From: an uncultured Verrucomicrobiae bacterium
GTDB lineage: Bacteria > Verrucomicrobiota > Verrucomicrobiia > Limisphaerales > JAFGQR01
Assembly: GCA_963788655.1 (NCBI GenBank)
Contig: CAWBHS010000048.1
Location: 1-45,642, forward strand
Reading direction: 5' to 3'
DNA: 45,642 nucleotides
Below, piece by piece: positions 19,062 through 28,010 of this stretch. The position numbers and the translations under genes were made by a program. The notes under the pieces were generated by a model. It was not told where the DNA came from. It ran no database searches and saw only the letters and a list, made by a program, of their open reading frames with translations. Numbering within the stretch: the first letter of the stretch is position 1; each line of letters opens with the position of its first letter.

Positions 19062-20672
19062 ATGCCGACTACGACATTCAAACGCTCCTTGGTCCTGCTG
19101 GCGCTCTTGCTCGCGGCCTGCTGCACCCAGGCTTCCCAACCAGTCGTGCCGCAATGGGTGGTCGTGACGGCACCGGCGTATCGAACTTCACTGGAGCCGC
19201 TCATCGAGCATCGGCAGGCGGAAGGTTTCAAGGTCGTGGTCGTCGAAATCACCAACGTGCTGAGCCGGGAGCAAATCGCACAAGCCGACGCGACACCTCT
19301 ACAAGAGCGCTTGCAACAACTTTGCCGCCAGCATTCCGGGCCCAGTTATATTCTGTTGGCTGGAGCGATGGTGGCGAAGGATGCGGCCCGTGCCGTGGCG
19401 ACGATGGTACCGCCACGGAAAGGAGTCGTGGGCCGAATGAAAGGCCGACCTACCGACCATGGTTTCGGTTGCCCTGACTCGAATTCAGCGCCGACGGTGG
19501 CAGTTGGCCGTTTTCCCGCGCGCAATCCGGAAGAACTCCGCCTGATGGTCACCAAAACTTTGAAGCTGGAACAAGAACCGGCAGCGGCGTCTTGGCGCAA
19601 TCATTTGCTGGTGCTGATCGGTAATCCGGGGGGCGGAACCTTGCCGGAAATGTTGGCAGAACAAGCTGTCGCGCCGCGGTTGCGGCAATTGCACCCGTCG
19701 TGGAATTTGCGGGCGCTGGTCCACAATCCGTTGTCGCCATTCTATCTGCCCAGCACGCAGTTGACGTCCACGGCCCTGCGATATCTTCAGGAAGGCGAAC
19801 TGTTCGTGGCGTACCTGGGCCACTCCGGGCCAACGGGCTTGTGGTCCAAGCACACCTGGGTGAGCCGGAACGATTGGGCGCGTCTAAACATTCCCCAAGG
19901 AGCGGGCGTGTTTTTTACTTGCGGTTGTTTCGCCTGCCAACTGGGCGGCTTCGAGGGCGAAGGCTACGGGCTGGCTGCCTTGCGCAATCCCAACGGACCG
20001 GTAGCCGTCATGGGCGCAACTGGCGAGACGTATGGGGCTCCCGGCCAATTGGCCATTGATGGTCTGATTCGATGCCTCTCCACGCCGCCGTTTCCGGAGC
20101 GACTCGGCGATTATTGGCTCGCGGTGAAAGCCGGCTTGGCGCGCGGGCACATCGATGAATCGTTGTTCAAACTCTACGACATGTTCGACGGCAGCGGCGG
20201 CAAGGTGCCCCTGGACGTGCAGCGGTTGGAACATCTCGAAATGTGGCTGTTGCTGGGCGATCCCGCGTTGCGGTTGCGGACCACCCCATTGGACGTTCGG
20301 CTCGAACCGATGGAGCCGGTCCACGCTGGCCAAAATCTCACCGTTCGGGGCGCGCTGCCCGATCGCTTGCGCGGAGCGGACGTAGAGATTTCCCTGGAAC
20401 GTCCCATCGGATCAAAGCCCGCCGGATTGGAAAAGCTGCCCGCCTCGACTCCGGAGAATCGCGAAGCGCGCGAACGGGCGGCCCTGGCGAATCACCAACG
20501 GGCCAACACGCTGGCTTTGGTTAGCGCCGCAGCCAACGTGAAGGAAAACCATTTCGAATGCACCGTGAAAGTTCCGCTTGAGCTCAATTGGACCACCCTG
20601 GTCTTACGAGCTTATGCGACCAACGAAACCAAGGCTGGCCTCGGCCTGTTGACGCTGCCGGTCACTCCATAG
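19062..20672 (+). CDS. C25 (gingipain) family peptidase-like protein
   Basis: Signal peptide; LIEHRQAEGF, YILLAG, VGRFP, YLGHSG, FFTCGCF, LLGDPAL. Confidence 0.8.
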   Translation: MPTTTFKRSLVLLALLLAACCTQASQPVVPQWVVVTAPAYRTSLEPLIEHRQAEGFKVVVVEITNVLSREQIAQADATPLQERLQQLCRQHSGPSYILLAGAMVAKDAARAVATMVPPRKGVVGRMKGRPTDHGFGCPDSNSAPTVAVGRFPARNPEELRLMVTKTLKLEQEPAAASWRNHLLVLIGNPGGGTLPEMLAEQAVAPRLRQLHPSWNLRALVHNPLSPFYLPSTQLTSTALRYLQEGELFVAYLGHSGPTGLWSKHTWVSRNDWARLNIPQGAGVFFTCGCFACQLGGFEGEGYGLAALRNPNGPVAVMGATGETYGAPGQLAIDGLIRCLSTPPFPERLGDYWLAVKAGLARGHIDESLFKLYDMFDGSGGKVPLDVQRLEHLEMWLLLGDPALRLRTTPLDVRLEPMEPVHAGQNLTVRGALPDRLRGADVEISLERPIGSKPAGLEKLPASTPENREARERAALANHQRANTLALVSAAANVKENHFECTVKVPLELNWTTLVLRAYATNETKAGLGLLTLPVTP

Positions 20673-20702
20673 TCACCCAATAAACCCCAACCCAAATTCC
20701 TT

Positions 20703-21914
20703 ATGTCCAAACCAACCCTCATTCACACTCCCATCGCCCGTCGCAGTTTTCTTGCGGGCGCCGCCACCGCCACTACATTGACCGCCCTGAAGCCGTCACT
20801 GGTTTTCGGCGCGCAAGCCAACTCCGTGCTCGACATCGGCCTGATTGGCTGCGGGGGGCGGGGCAGTTGGATCGCCAACCTGTTCCACGAAACCGGCAAA
20901 TATCGGTTCGTCGCCTGCGCCGATTATTTTCCCGACCGCGCCAATGCCGTGGGCGAGAAATTCAAGATCGATCCCGCGCGCCGTTACACCGGGCTGTCCG
21001 CCTACAAGCGATTGCTCGACAGCAAACTGGACGTCGTGGCTATCGAGACGCCGCCCTATTTTCATCCCGAACACGCCATGGCGGCGGTCGAGGCCGGCAA
21101 ACATGTTTATCTGGCGAAGCCCATTGCGGTGGATGTGCCGGGTTGCCAGACCATCGCGGCGGCTGGCAAGAAGGCCACGGAGAAGAAGCAGGTGTTCCTC
21201 GTCGATTTCCAGACGCGCGCGGACGCGGACTTCCGCAAAGCTGTCGGCCTGGCGCAACAGGGGGCCATCGGCAAGTTCGTGATGGCGGAAGCGTTTTATC
21301 CGTGGAGCGGTGGTGGTCGGGGCGAGCCGCCCACCAAACCCGAGGACCAGTTGCGCAGTTGGTATTACGTGCTGCCGTTGTCCGGCGATTTCATTGTCGA
21401 GCAAAGCATTCATTCGCTGGACGTGGCCACTTGGATCCTTAACGCCGATCCGATTCGCGCGCGTGGCACTGGCGGCCATAAGGTGCGTCCGCCGAACAGC
21501 ATTTACGATCATTTCGCGGTGACCTACGAATTCCCGGATGACCTGGCGCTGTCCTTCACGTGCATCCAGAGCATTCCCTTCGTAAAGGACGAAATCCGCG
21601 CCCGCGTGTATGGTTCGGACGGAATCATTGACGTGGACTATTTCGGCACCGTCTTCCTGCGCGGCCGCGAGAATTCGGTGCGCGCCCAGATGGGCAATTT
21701 GTACACGACGGGTGCGCAAACGAACATCCACGAGTTCCATCAGTTCGTGACCGAAGGCAAATACGACAACCCAACCGTCGCGCCCTCCGTGCGCTCGAAC
21801 CTGACCGCAATCCTGGGCCGCGAAGCCGGCTACCGCAAAACCGAGCTGACGCTGGCGGCCCTGATCAAGGAAGGCAAGAAGCTGGAACCGGACTTGCGGG
21901 GGGTCAAAAGCTGA
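20703..21914 (+). CDS. Tat-exported Gfo/Idh/MocA oxidoreductase
   Basis: RRSFL signal; GLIGCGGRG, ETPPYFH, KHVYLAKP, EQSIHSLD. Confidence 0.92.
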   Translation: MSKPTLIHTPIARRSFLAGAATATTLTALKPSLVFGAQANSVLDIGLIGCGGRGSWIANLFHETGKYRFVACADYFPDRANAVGEKFKIDPARRYTGLSAYKRLLDSKLDVVAIETPPYFHPEHAMAAVEAGKHVYLAKPIAVDVPGCQTIAAAGKKATEKKQVFLVDFQTRADADFRKAVGLAQQGAIGKFVMAEAFYPWSGGGRGEPPTKPEDQLRSWYYVLPLSGDFIVEQSIHSLDVATWILNADPIRARGTGGHKVRPPNSIYDHFAVTYEFPDDLALSFTCIQSIPFVKDEIRARVYGSDGIIDVDYFGTVFLRGRENSVRAQMGNLYTTGAQTNIHEFHQFVTEGKYDNPTVAPSVRSNLTAILGREAGYRKTELTLAALIKEGKKLEPDLRGVKS

Positions 21915-21930
21915 ACGGCGACTTATTAGA

Positions 21931-22053
21931 GAATGACCAATGACCAAAACCAAATGACCAAAGAATGTCCAAGCCGCCAATGACCAACCGCCGCGAATTG
22001 GTCATTGGCCCTTGGTCATTCTCTGGTGGTTGGACATTGGGCGTTGGTCATTC
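21931..22053. repeat. Inverted array of AATGACC-like heptamers between convergent genes
   Basis: GAATGACCAATGACCAA... mirrored by ...TTGGTCATTGG...TTGGTCATTC. Confidence 0.7.
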
Positions 22054-22060
22054 CGATTGG

Positions 22061-25000
22061 TTATTTACAGGACCGGTTCACTGCTAATGAAGGGCGGGCA
22101 CCCGGCATGTCCATGCGCGGGTGTTCCCGCAGTTGTGCCAGCACGGGGGCAAAGGTTTTGAGGATGGCCTGGTAATCGGTGTCGTCGGTGCTCGCGAACA
22201 CGGCGCGTCCGCAGGCTTCGCTACCGCCGGCTGATTTGGCCAAGGGTGCGCGCAGGAAACTGTTTAACTGCGGGTTCGTAATCCGGATCCAGAACGGACG
22301 CGGTGTTCGCCCTTTCTCGTGGCACTCCGCGCAGCGGCGGGCAGCCACGTCCGCCAGCACTTTGTCGAGGTCACCCGGATAGAGGCGTCGGCTGCCGGGA
22401 TTGTCCGGAAGTGTCGTTTCGGAACTGCCGTAATACGGCACATTCAAATCGATCCACGCCAGGATGCGGCGGCGGCTGGCATCGTCCATGTCGAAACGCG
22501 GTTGGCCTTCCGCGTCTGGATGGTTGGCCAGCACGACATCCGCCAATTTACTTTTGGGCGAACCCCAGCTTTCCGGATCAATCTTGAGAATGTTTTGCTC
22601 GAACCCATTGTAAGATGGAATCCAACTCACATACGGGCTTTCCCACTGCGCCTCGCCGGATTGGCGACGACCACGGGCCAACGTTTCGTAGGAGACGTTG
22701 AAGAAGTCGGTGATGTCGCCGCTCAAATCCACTTTGCCCTTTGGATTGGCTCCGCTGTGACATTCACCGCAGTAACGGTCCAGGACCGGTTGCACCACGC
22801 GCGCATAGTCAAAACCACCCCGGCCCCATTCGGGCGGCTGCAATGGTTGCGGCGCGCGGACCATCGCGGTGGGTGGGGTCTGCAACCGCGCCGTGTCCTG
22901 CCGCGACTCATGGCAGCCCACGCAGCCCTGCACTTCGCCGGGCATCAAGTGAGTGAAACTGCGCATCCGTTGGACCGTCCGCCCGCGGGCATCGAGTGCC
23001 AGGAAGTAAATGGGCACCCCGGCGGGCACTTCGAAACATGCCGATCCATCCGGCGCCACCTCGACTTCGCCCAGCACGTCTTTGCCCGCGTATGTCGCCC
23101 CAGCCGAAATTACCGGAAACTGGAAACCGAACGCCCGTTTGTCCGGATTGATGCGGACGGTCTTGGGCATTTCACGAACAACCCGCAGGCGTTTGATTTC
23201 GCCGCGTTTGATCCGTGGCTCCAAACCGTTGTAAATGTCCTGCAATACCAATGTCGCCGTGTTCGAATGAGCGCCATCAGTATCCGACCGCCCAACCTGT
23301 GTCGCCTCCGTATTACTGTCCGTTTGGGTTTCGGCAACGAGCGTAGAAGGAATCACCGGCGGACGAACCCGCGGCCGCACCGGTTGGGCAGAGAACCACT
23401 GCAGGCCGTCGGCCGGTTTGGGCAGCGCAAGCGATTGACAAGTGCCGGCCAGGTCGCGCACCAGCACCGGGCCGTGCGCCGAGACCAGAAAGCGGTTTTG
23501 ATCCAGTGGCAGGGGCGTGCAATAGAGTTTCGGTCCGTCGAAATTTCCGTTGCCCTGATCAACGGGCGGCACGGATTGGTCCGGTGTCACGTTCCAAATC
23601 GCGGCCTGCGCGTTGACGCCGCGGGTGCGGTCGATGACGCCGATGGCGCCGCGTGCCGGCCCGTTGTGACCAGTCATCGTGCAAATAATTTTGTCCGTGC
23701 CCGGGATTGAACGCGCTTCCATGAACGTGCCCGGGGAAATGACGCGGTTGCCGTAATAGCCGGCCAGGCCGGTGCCGTCTGGGTTGATGGTCCACAAGCT
23801 CTGAATGGGGATGGCCGGTTTGTCCACGTATTCCCAACGCGAGTAAATCAAGCGCCCGTCCGCGAGCGGATACGGCGTGAAGTCATTCAAATAATTGGCC
23901 GAAAGCCGACGTACGTGCGAACCGTCGGCATCCATGCGATGTACCACGCCGACCGGCGAGTTCCAGCAATAGGCAAACTGCGCGTTACGCGTGCTTACGA
24001 ACGCAATCCCGCCGTCGGGCAGCCAACACCCGTTGTAGTCGTGCCATTCGCCGCGCGTCAGTTGGTGTAGCCCCGAGCCATCCACGTGAATGGTCCACAG
24101 ATGGTAGCCTTCGTCGCCACTCTGTCGCCAACTGAACAGCACCGTCTTGCCGTCGTAAGCCAAGTCGGCATCCAGAATCTGCCCTTCCGGCGAAGCCACC
24201 AATGCCCGTGCTTGGCCTGCCCCCGGTCCATGCACGGGGATGACGAACAATCCGCCGCCCGGACGAAAATCTTCGTTGTGATACGTATAAACATGCGACG
24301 AATTGATTTCGTGCCGTTGCACGACCAGCAACCGTTGCACGTCGAACAGCAGAACCTCACGTTGCAATTCGGCCAGGGCTTTCTCCACGTCGGCACCCGC
24401 TTCGAGTTGGGCCTGCAACTTCGCCAGGCGGGCAAGATGGGCATCCGCCTGCGCATAGTGGGCCCCGTGTGTGCGCTGCAATTGTTCAATGAGCGCGCGC
24501 AAGAATTGGGGATCTGCTTCATCGACGAATGGTGAGTTGGGTTCGGCCAACCGCACCAGGGCCTTCTCGGAGGGATGACTGGCCAGCACCAGCACCTCCG
24601 ACGCGCCGGGATTGGGCCCGCCATAACTGCTGGTGAAGCGCAGGGTCAGTTTGCGCACAGACGCCGGTTGCGACAGCACAATGCGCTGAGGTCCATGACG
24701 CATTTCGAAGGTACCTTTGACGATAGGTTGGCGGGCATCGTCCAACAACAGTTCGTAGTCTTTCCAGCATTCCTCGAGGAACCACGCGGTGCGGCCGTAA
24801 TAGACCACCTCGGCCACGGTAACCGGTTGTGGCCATTCGAACGTCAGTTCCGCACCGTTCCGATGCGTCTGGCCCTGAACGCACCAGGCCCGTCGCAAAT
24901 CCTGGCTGCCTTTGGCCTCGGGTACCTTGCCGTCAGCGACGAATCGGGCGCGGTAATCGCTGCTGTATTCGGAATTGGCGCGGATCGTCGCTTTCGCGGC

Positions 25001-25126
25001 GAGGTTCGGGGGCAACGCGGCAGATCGCGGAGCAGCGACGGCGGGCAAAACGGCCAGGAGCTGGGCGACAACCAAGCTGCCGGCCAATCCGGCGCGCCAA
25101 GCAGAGGGAAGAGCATTCGGCGTCAT
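22061..25126 (-). CDS. Large exported protein: discoidin-like N-terminus, TolB-like propeller, hydrazine synthase alpha middle-like domain, three CxxCH motifs
   Basis: YSRWEYVD, DGSACFEVPAGVPIYFLALD...QRMRS, CVGCH, CGECH, CAECH, WIDLNVP. Confidence 0.8.
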   Translation of the reverse strand: MTPNALPSAWRAGLAGSLVVAQLLAVLPAVAAPRSAALPPNLAAKATIRANSEYSSDYRARFVADGKVPEAKGSQDLRRAWCVQGQTHRNGAELTFEWPQPVTVAEVVYYGRTAWFLEECWKDYELLLDDARQPIVKGTFEMRHGPQRIVLSQPASVRKLTLRFTSSYGGPNPGASEVLVLASHPSEKALVRLAEPNSPFVDEADPQFLRALIEQLQRTHGAHYAQADAHLARLAKLQAQLEAGADVEKALAELQREVLLFDVQRLLVVQRHEINSSHVYTYHNEDFRPGGGLFVIPVHGPGAGQARALVASPEGQILDADLAYDGKTVLFSWRQSGDEGYHLWTIHVDGSGLHQLTRGEWHDYNGCWLPDGGIAFVSTRNAQFAYCWNSPVGVVHRMDADGSHVRRLSANYLNDFTPYPLADGRLIYSRWEYVDKPAIPIQSLWTINPDGTGLAGYYGNRVISPGTFMEARSIPGTDKIICTMTGHNGPARGAIGVIDRTRGVNAQAAIWNVTPDQSVPPVDQGNGNFDGPKLYCTPLPLDQNRFLVSAHGPVLVRDLAGTCQSLALPKPADGLQWFSAQPVRPRVRPPVIPSTLVAETQTDSNTEATQVGRSDTDGAHSNTATLVLQDIYNGLEPRIKRGEIKRLRVVREMPKTVRINPDKRAFGFQFPVISAGATYAGKDVLGEVEVAPDGSACFEVPAGVPIYFLALDARGRTVQRMRSFTHLMPGEVQGCVGCHESRQDTARLQTPPTAMVRAPQPLQPPEWGRGGFDYARVVQPVLDRYCGECHSGANPKGKVDLSGDITDFFNVSYETLARGRRQSGEAQWESPYVSWIPSYNGFEQNILKIDPESWGSPKSKLADVVLANHPDAEGQPRFDMDDASRRRILAWIDLNVPYYGSSETTLPDNPGSRRLYPGDLDKVLADVAARRCAECHEKGRTPRPFWIRITNPQLNSFLRAPLAKSAGGSEACGRAVFASTDDTDYQAILKTFAPVLAQLREHPRMDMPGARPSLAVNRSCK

Positions 25127-25176
25127 CAGCCATTGGTTTACCACAAGCTGTTCCCGAAGGCGATGACGAATACTCG

Positions 25177-25260
25177 GCCGTGACTGTGCAATTGCGTTTG
25201 GGGAGCGCGCCCGCCTCGGACGCTGCCAACCGGCGCCCTCGCCGGTTGGCCTGCCGGCTC
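25177..25260. repeat. Partial copy of the 18849-19040 element type
   Basis: GCCGTGACTGTGCAATTGCG...GGGAGCGCGCCCGCCTCGG...GCCGGTTGGCCTG matches the reverse complement of about 18960-19040. Confidence 0.65.
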
Positions 25261-25323
25261 GATCTTGGTTGCGAAGCGAAAACGTTGGGTTCTTCGCGTC
25301 ATGGAAAGCGAGCCAATGGTTGG

Positions 25324-26970
25324 TCAAAAATCCCGGAAGCCATCCATGGGCAGAGCTGCGCTGTCGGGCACCGCCGACGGGGTCGCCGCGGCCAGGGAAT
25401 TGCCGCATCCGTGCCACCGTCCGTTGCCGTTCCCGTGCGCCAGATTGCGCTTCGAAGCTGCTTTCCGTTCCGGCAATACTCTGGAGACAGAGGCCGGCCC
25501 CGACGGGTGTTTGGACGCCCTTGCGACCCCCGCGGCCGGCTGGCCACTTACGAGCGATTTAAGTTGGATCACCGTCTGCTGAAGTGTCGCGGACTGGGCT
25601 TCAAGTTCTTGCGCGGCACTGGCACTTTCTTCCGCCCCGGCGGCGTTGGACTGGGTTACCTTGTCCATTTGCGCAACGGCGATATTGACCTGTTGCACCG
25701 CCTGGTTCTGTTCTTGTGAGGCGGTGGCAATTTCAGTGATGTGTTCATTCACCTGCCGGGCTTTGTCCACAATCTCTTGCAGGCTGGTGGCCACCTGGGC
25801 GCTGATCTGCACGCCTTGATGGCTCTTTTGGACGGACTCTTCAATAATGGTTGCGGTTTCGCGCGCGGCCTGGGCGCTGCGTTGGGCCAGGTTCCGCACT
25901 TCGTTGGCTACCACGGCAAAACCGGCACCCGCCTCACCGGCGCGTGCCGCTTCGACGGCTGCATTCAGCGCCAGGAGGTTGGTTTGGAAGGCAATTTCAT
26001 CGATGGTTTTGAGGATCCGCGCAATATTGTCACTGGAGGTTTTGATGGCGTCCATTGCCCCACTCATCTGCTCCATGCCCGTTGCTCCTGTGTTGGCAGC
26101 GGCGCGGGTCTGCTCGGCGAGGGTCTTGGCGGTCTGGGCGCTCTCAGCGTTGCGCCGCGTCATGCTGGCGATTTCCTCAAGCGACGCGCTGGTTTCCTCG
26201 AGCGATGCGGCTTGTTCACTGGTGGTTTCCGCGAAGGATTGGCTGGCGGAAGCAATCTCCCGGGCTGCGGCGGCCGTCGTGTCCGCGTTCTCCGTCAAAG
26301 TGGCCGACATGCGCTTCAAGGGCCCAGTCAAGGAACGACCAAACCAGAGCCCCAATCCCAGGGCCGGCAAAATGCTCAGCACCGTAAAGAGGGCGCTCGT
26401 CACCCGAATACGCCGACTGGCAGTCTCACCGGCTGTACGGGTTTGCGTGGCCGCGGTGGCGACTTTCCCACGAATCTCACCAAACAGCTTTTGGATGTCC
26501 CGCACACACGCGGTCGTGTCGCTGGTGAAGAACGCCAGTGCCGCCGCGCGGTTCGTGGCCCCTTGCTGGGCCAGCAATTGCTCCAGCTTCACGGCCGAAT
26601 TGTGCAACCGTTGATGCGGCGTCTCGATTTGCGGGAGCAGCTCCTTGATCGCGGGTACCAGCCGGGCTGCTTGCTCCCGCTCCGGGCTGTAATACCACCG
26701 GCCAAGTCCGCAGCGATGATCGTCTTTTTCAACGTCCAACGTGGGTTGGTCTTCGTGGTCGCGAAACTCGCCGACTTTCTGAACCCACATCAAGTGGTCA
26801 ATTTCGCGCTGGAGAAACATCTCCTGCACTTGTTCGATCGCGGTGACATCCTGGAGCACCGCCTGGCTGCGGGAGATCCCGAACCAATTGATCGCCCCCA
26901 CGATGAGAGTAACTGCCGCAACCGAAAGAAATCCCCCAATGAGTTTGGTGGTCAGACTGAGTTTGGACAT
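25324..26970 (-). CDS. Methyl-accepting chemotaxis protein with CZB domain
   Basis: [30 protein letters not shown] signalling tip. CZB pattern [23 protein letters not shown]. Confidence 0.93.
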   Translation of the reverse strand: MSKLSLTTKLIGGFLSVAAVTLIVGAINWFGISRSQAVLQDVTAIEQVQEMFLQREIDHLMWVQKVGEFRDHEDQPTLDVEKDDHRCGLGRWYYSPEREQAARLVPAIKELLPQIETPHQRLHNSAVKLEQLLAQQGATNRAAALAFFTSDTTACVRDIQKLFGEIRGKVATAATQTRTAGETASRRIRVTSALFTVLSILPALGLGLWFGRSLTGPLKRMSATLTENADTTAAAAREIASASQSFAETTSEQAASLEETSASLEEIASMTRRNAESAQTAKTLAEQTRAAANTGATGMEQMSGAMDAIKTSSDNIARILKTIDEIAFQTNLLALNAAVEAARAGEAGAGFAVVANEVRNLAQRSAQAARETATIIEESVQKSHQGVQISAQVATSLQEIVDKARQVNEHITEIATASQEQNQAVQQVNIAVAQMDKVTQSNAAGAEESASAAQELEAQSATLQQTVIQLKSLVSGQPAAGVARASKHPSGPASVSRVLPERKAASKRNLAHGNGNGRWHGCGNSLAAATPSAVPDSAALPMDGFRDF

Positions 26971-27170
26971 AATCGCTGTTCGCTGTGTGGTTTGGTTAAG
27001 CCGGTCAATGGTTCTGCCCTAATGCTTTGGTTTTATAATTGCGTTCGTTCGGACCACATTCTCCACGATCGCAAGGAGCTGATGCCCACCTTAGGTGGAC
27101 GCGTATCTCAGGTAAGCAAGTGTCCAACCAGGCGAATACAGCTTTGGGGGTTTGTTTCAAACGACCCGGT

Positions 27171-27680
27171 TTAGGCGGCTACCAACAAGTTCGCCGCGGC
27201 AATGTTGGCGGCGCCCACGGCTGGATCAACGTCCAATAGGGCCACCACGCGGGCCTTGATCTTGGCCATGCCCAGGAGATAGGCCGTATCCAATTGGGTG
27301 CCGAAATCCGGAGTGTCTTCGATGTCGGCGGCACCGATGTGGAGAACTTCTTCCACGTCGTCAACGACCAGGCCCATGAGAACCCGGTTGGCGGAGGCGC
27401 TCTGCACCTGCACTACAACGATGCATGTGCGTTCGGTGGTTTCCGCCTGGACCAGGCCAAACTTCAACCGCAGATCAAGCACCGGGATGATTTTACCGCG
27501 CAAATTGATTACCCCCCGAACGTATTCCGGCATTTGAGGCACGACGGTGATTTCGCTTTGGCGAATGATTTCACGAATCTTGAGCACGTCGATGCCATAG
27601 AATTCGTGGCCCAGCATGAAGGTGAGGTATTTGCCGGCCAGGTTGGCTTTAGTCGGCGTTTCGGTCGTGACATTACTCAT
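27171..27680 (-). CDS. cheW: Chemotaxis coupling protein CheW
   Basis: KYLTFML, VRGVINLRGKIIPVLDLR, MGLVVDDVEEV. Confidence 0.95.
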   Translation of the reverse strand: MSNVTTETPTKANLAGKYLTFMLGHEFYGIDVLKIREIIRQSEITVVPQMPEYVRGVINLRGKIIPVLDLRLKFGLVQAETTERTCIVVVQVQSASANRVLMGLVVDDVEEVLHIGAADIEDTPDFGTQLDTAYLLGMAKIKARVVALLDVDPAVGAANIAAANLLVAA

Positions 27681-27750
27681 ATCGGCCCGAGTCAGCAAAA
27701 GAATTGCCAAGTTGAATTGAGTGCCGCGTGGCTTCGTCGGGCCGGGAAGA

Positions 27751-28004
27751 AAGCATGAACCAGGGCCAGCGCCCGATGACCAGGGAAGGCCCACTACTCA
27801 ATGGCCAGGGAACCAGGCATGCACAGGGAGGCAGAATTCCGCCGGTCGAAATCCGAGGCCCGAATGCAATCCGAAATCCCATTTACGAATTCAGTTTAAA
27901 TGCGAACCGCCTTCGGACGGTCCTTCCGGCCAGTGGCGGGCGACACAAACTCAGGTTGGTGCTTGGACCTTGGCCATTCTCTGGTCATTGGTTCTTGGTC
28001 ATTC
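27751..28004. repeat. Degenerate short-unit inverted repeat region related to 21931-22053
   Basis: ATGACCAGGG/AATGGCCAGGG units mirrored by CTTGGCCATTCTCTGGTCATTGGTTCTTGGTCATTCC. Confidence 0.5.
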
Positions 28005-28010
28005 CAGCGG

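Noticed and set aside
21931..22053. CRISPR array
   Set aside because: Short degenerate heptamers in inverted arrangement, no unique spacers and no cas genes.
22061..25126. Anammox hydrazine synthase
   Set aside because: Only a domain-level resemblance, and no hzsB/C.
27030..27170. c-di-GMP-II riboswitch upstream of the CZB-MCP
   Set aside because: Only TTGGACACTTG resembles the motif, and the remaining elements are not seen. A cmscan run would decide.
27676..27720. Sigma-28 promoter (GCCGATAT) at cheW
   Set aside because: It overlaps the start codon and lacks a properly spaced -35.
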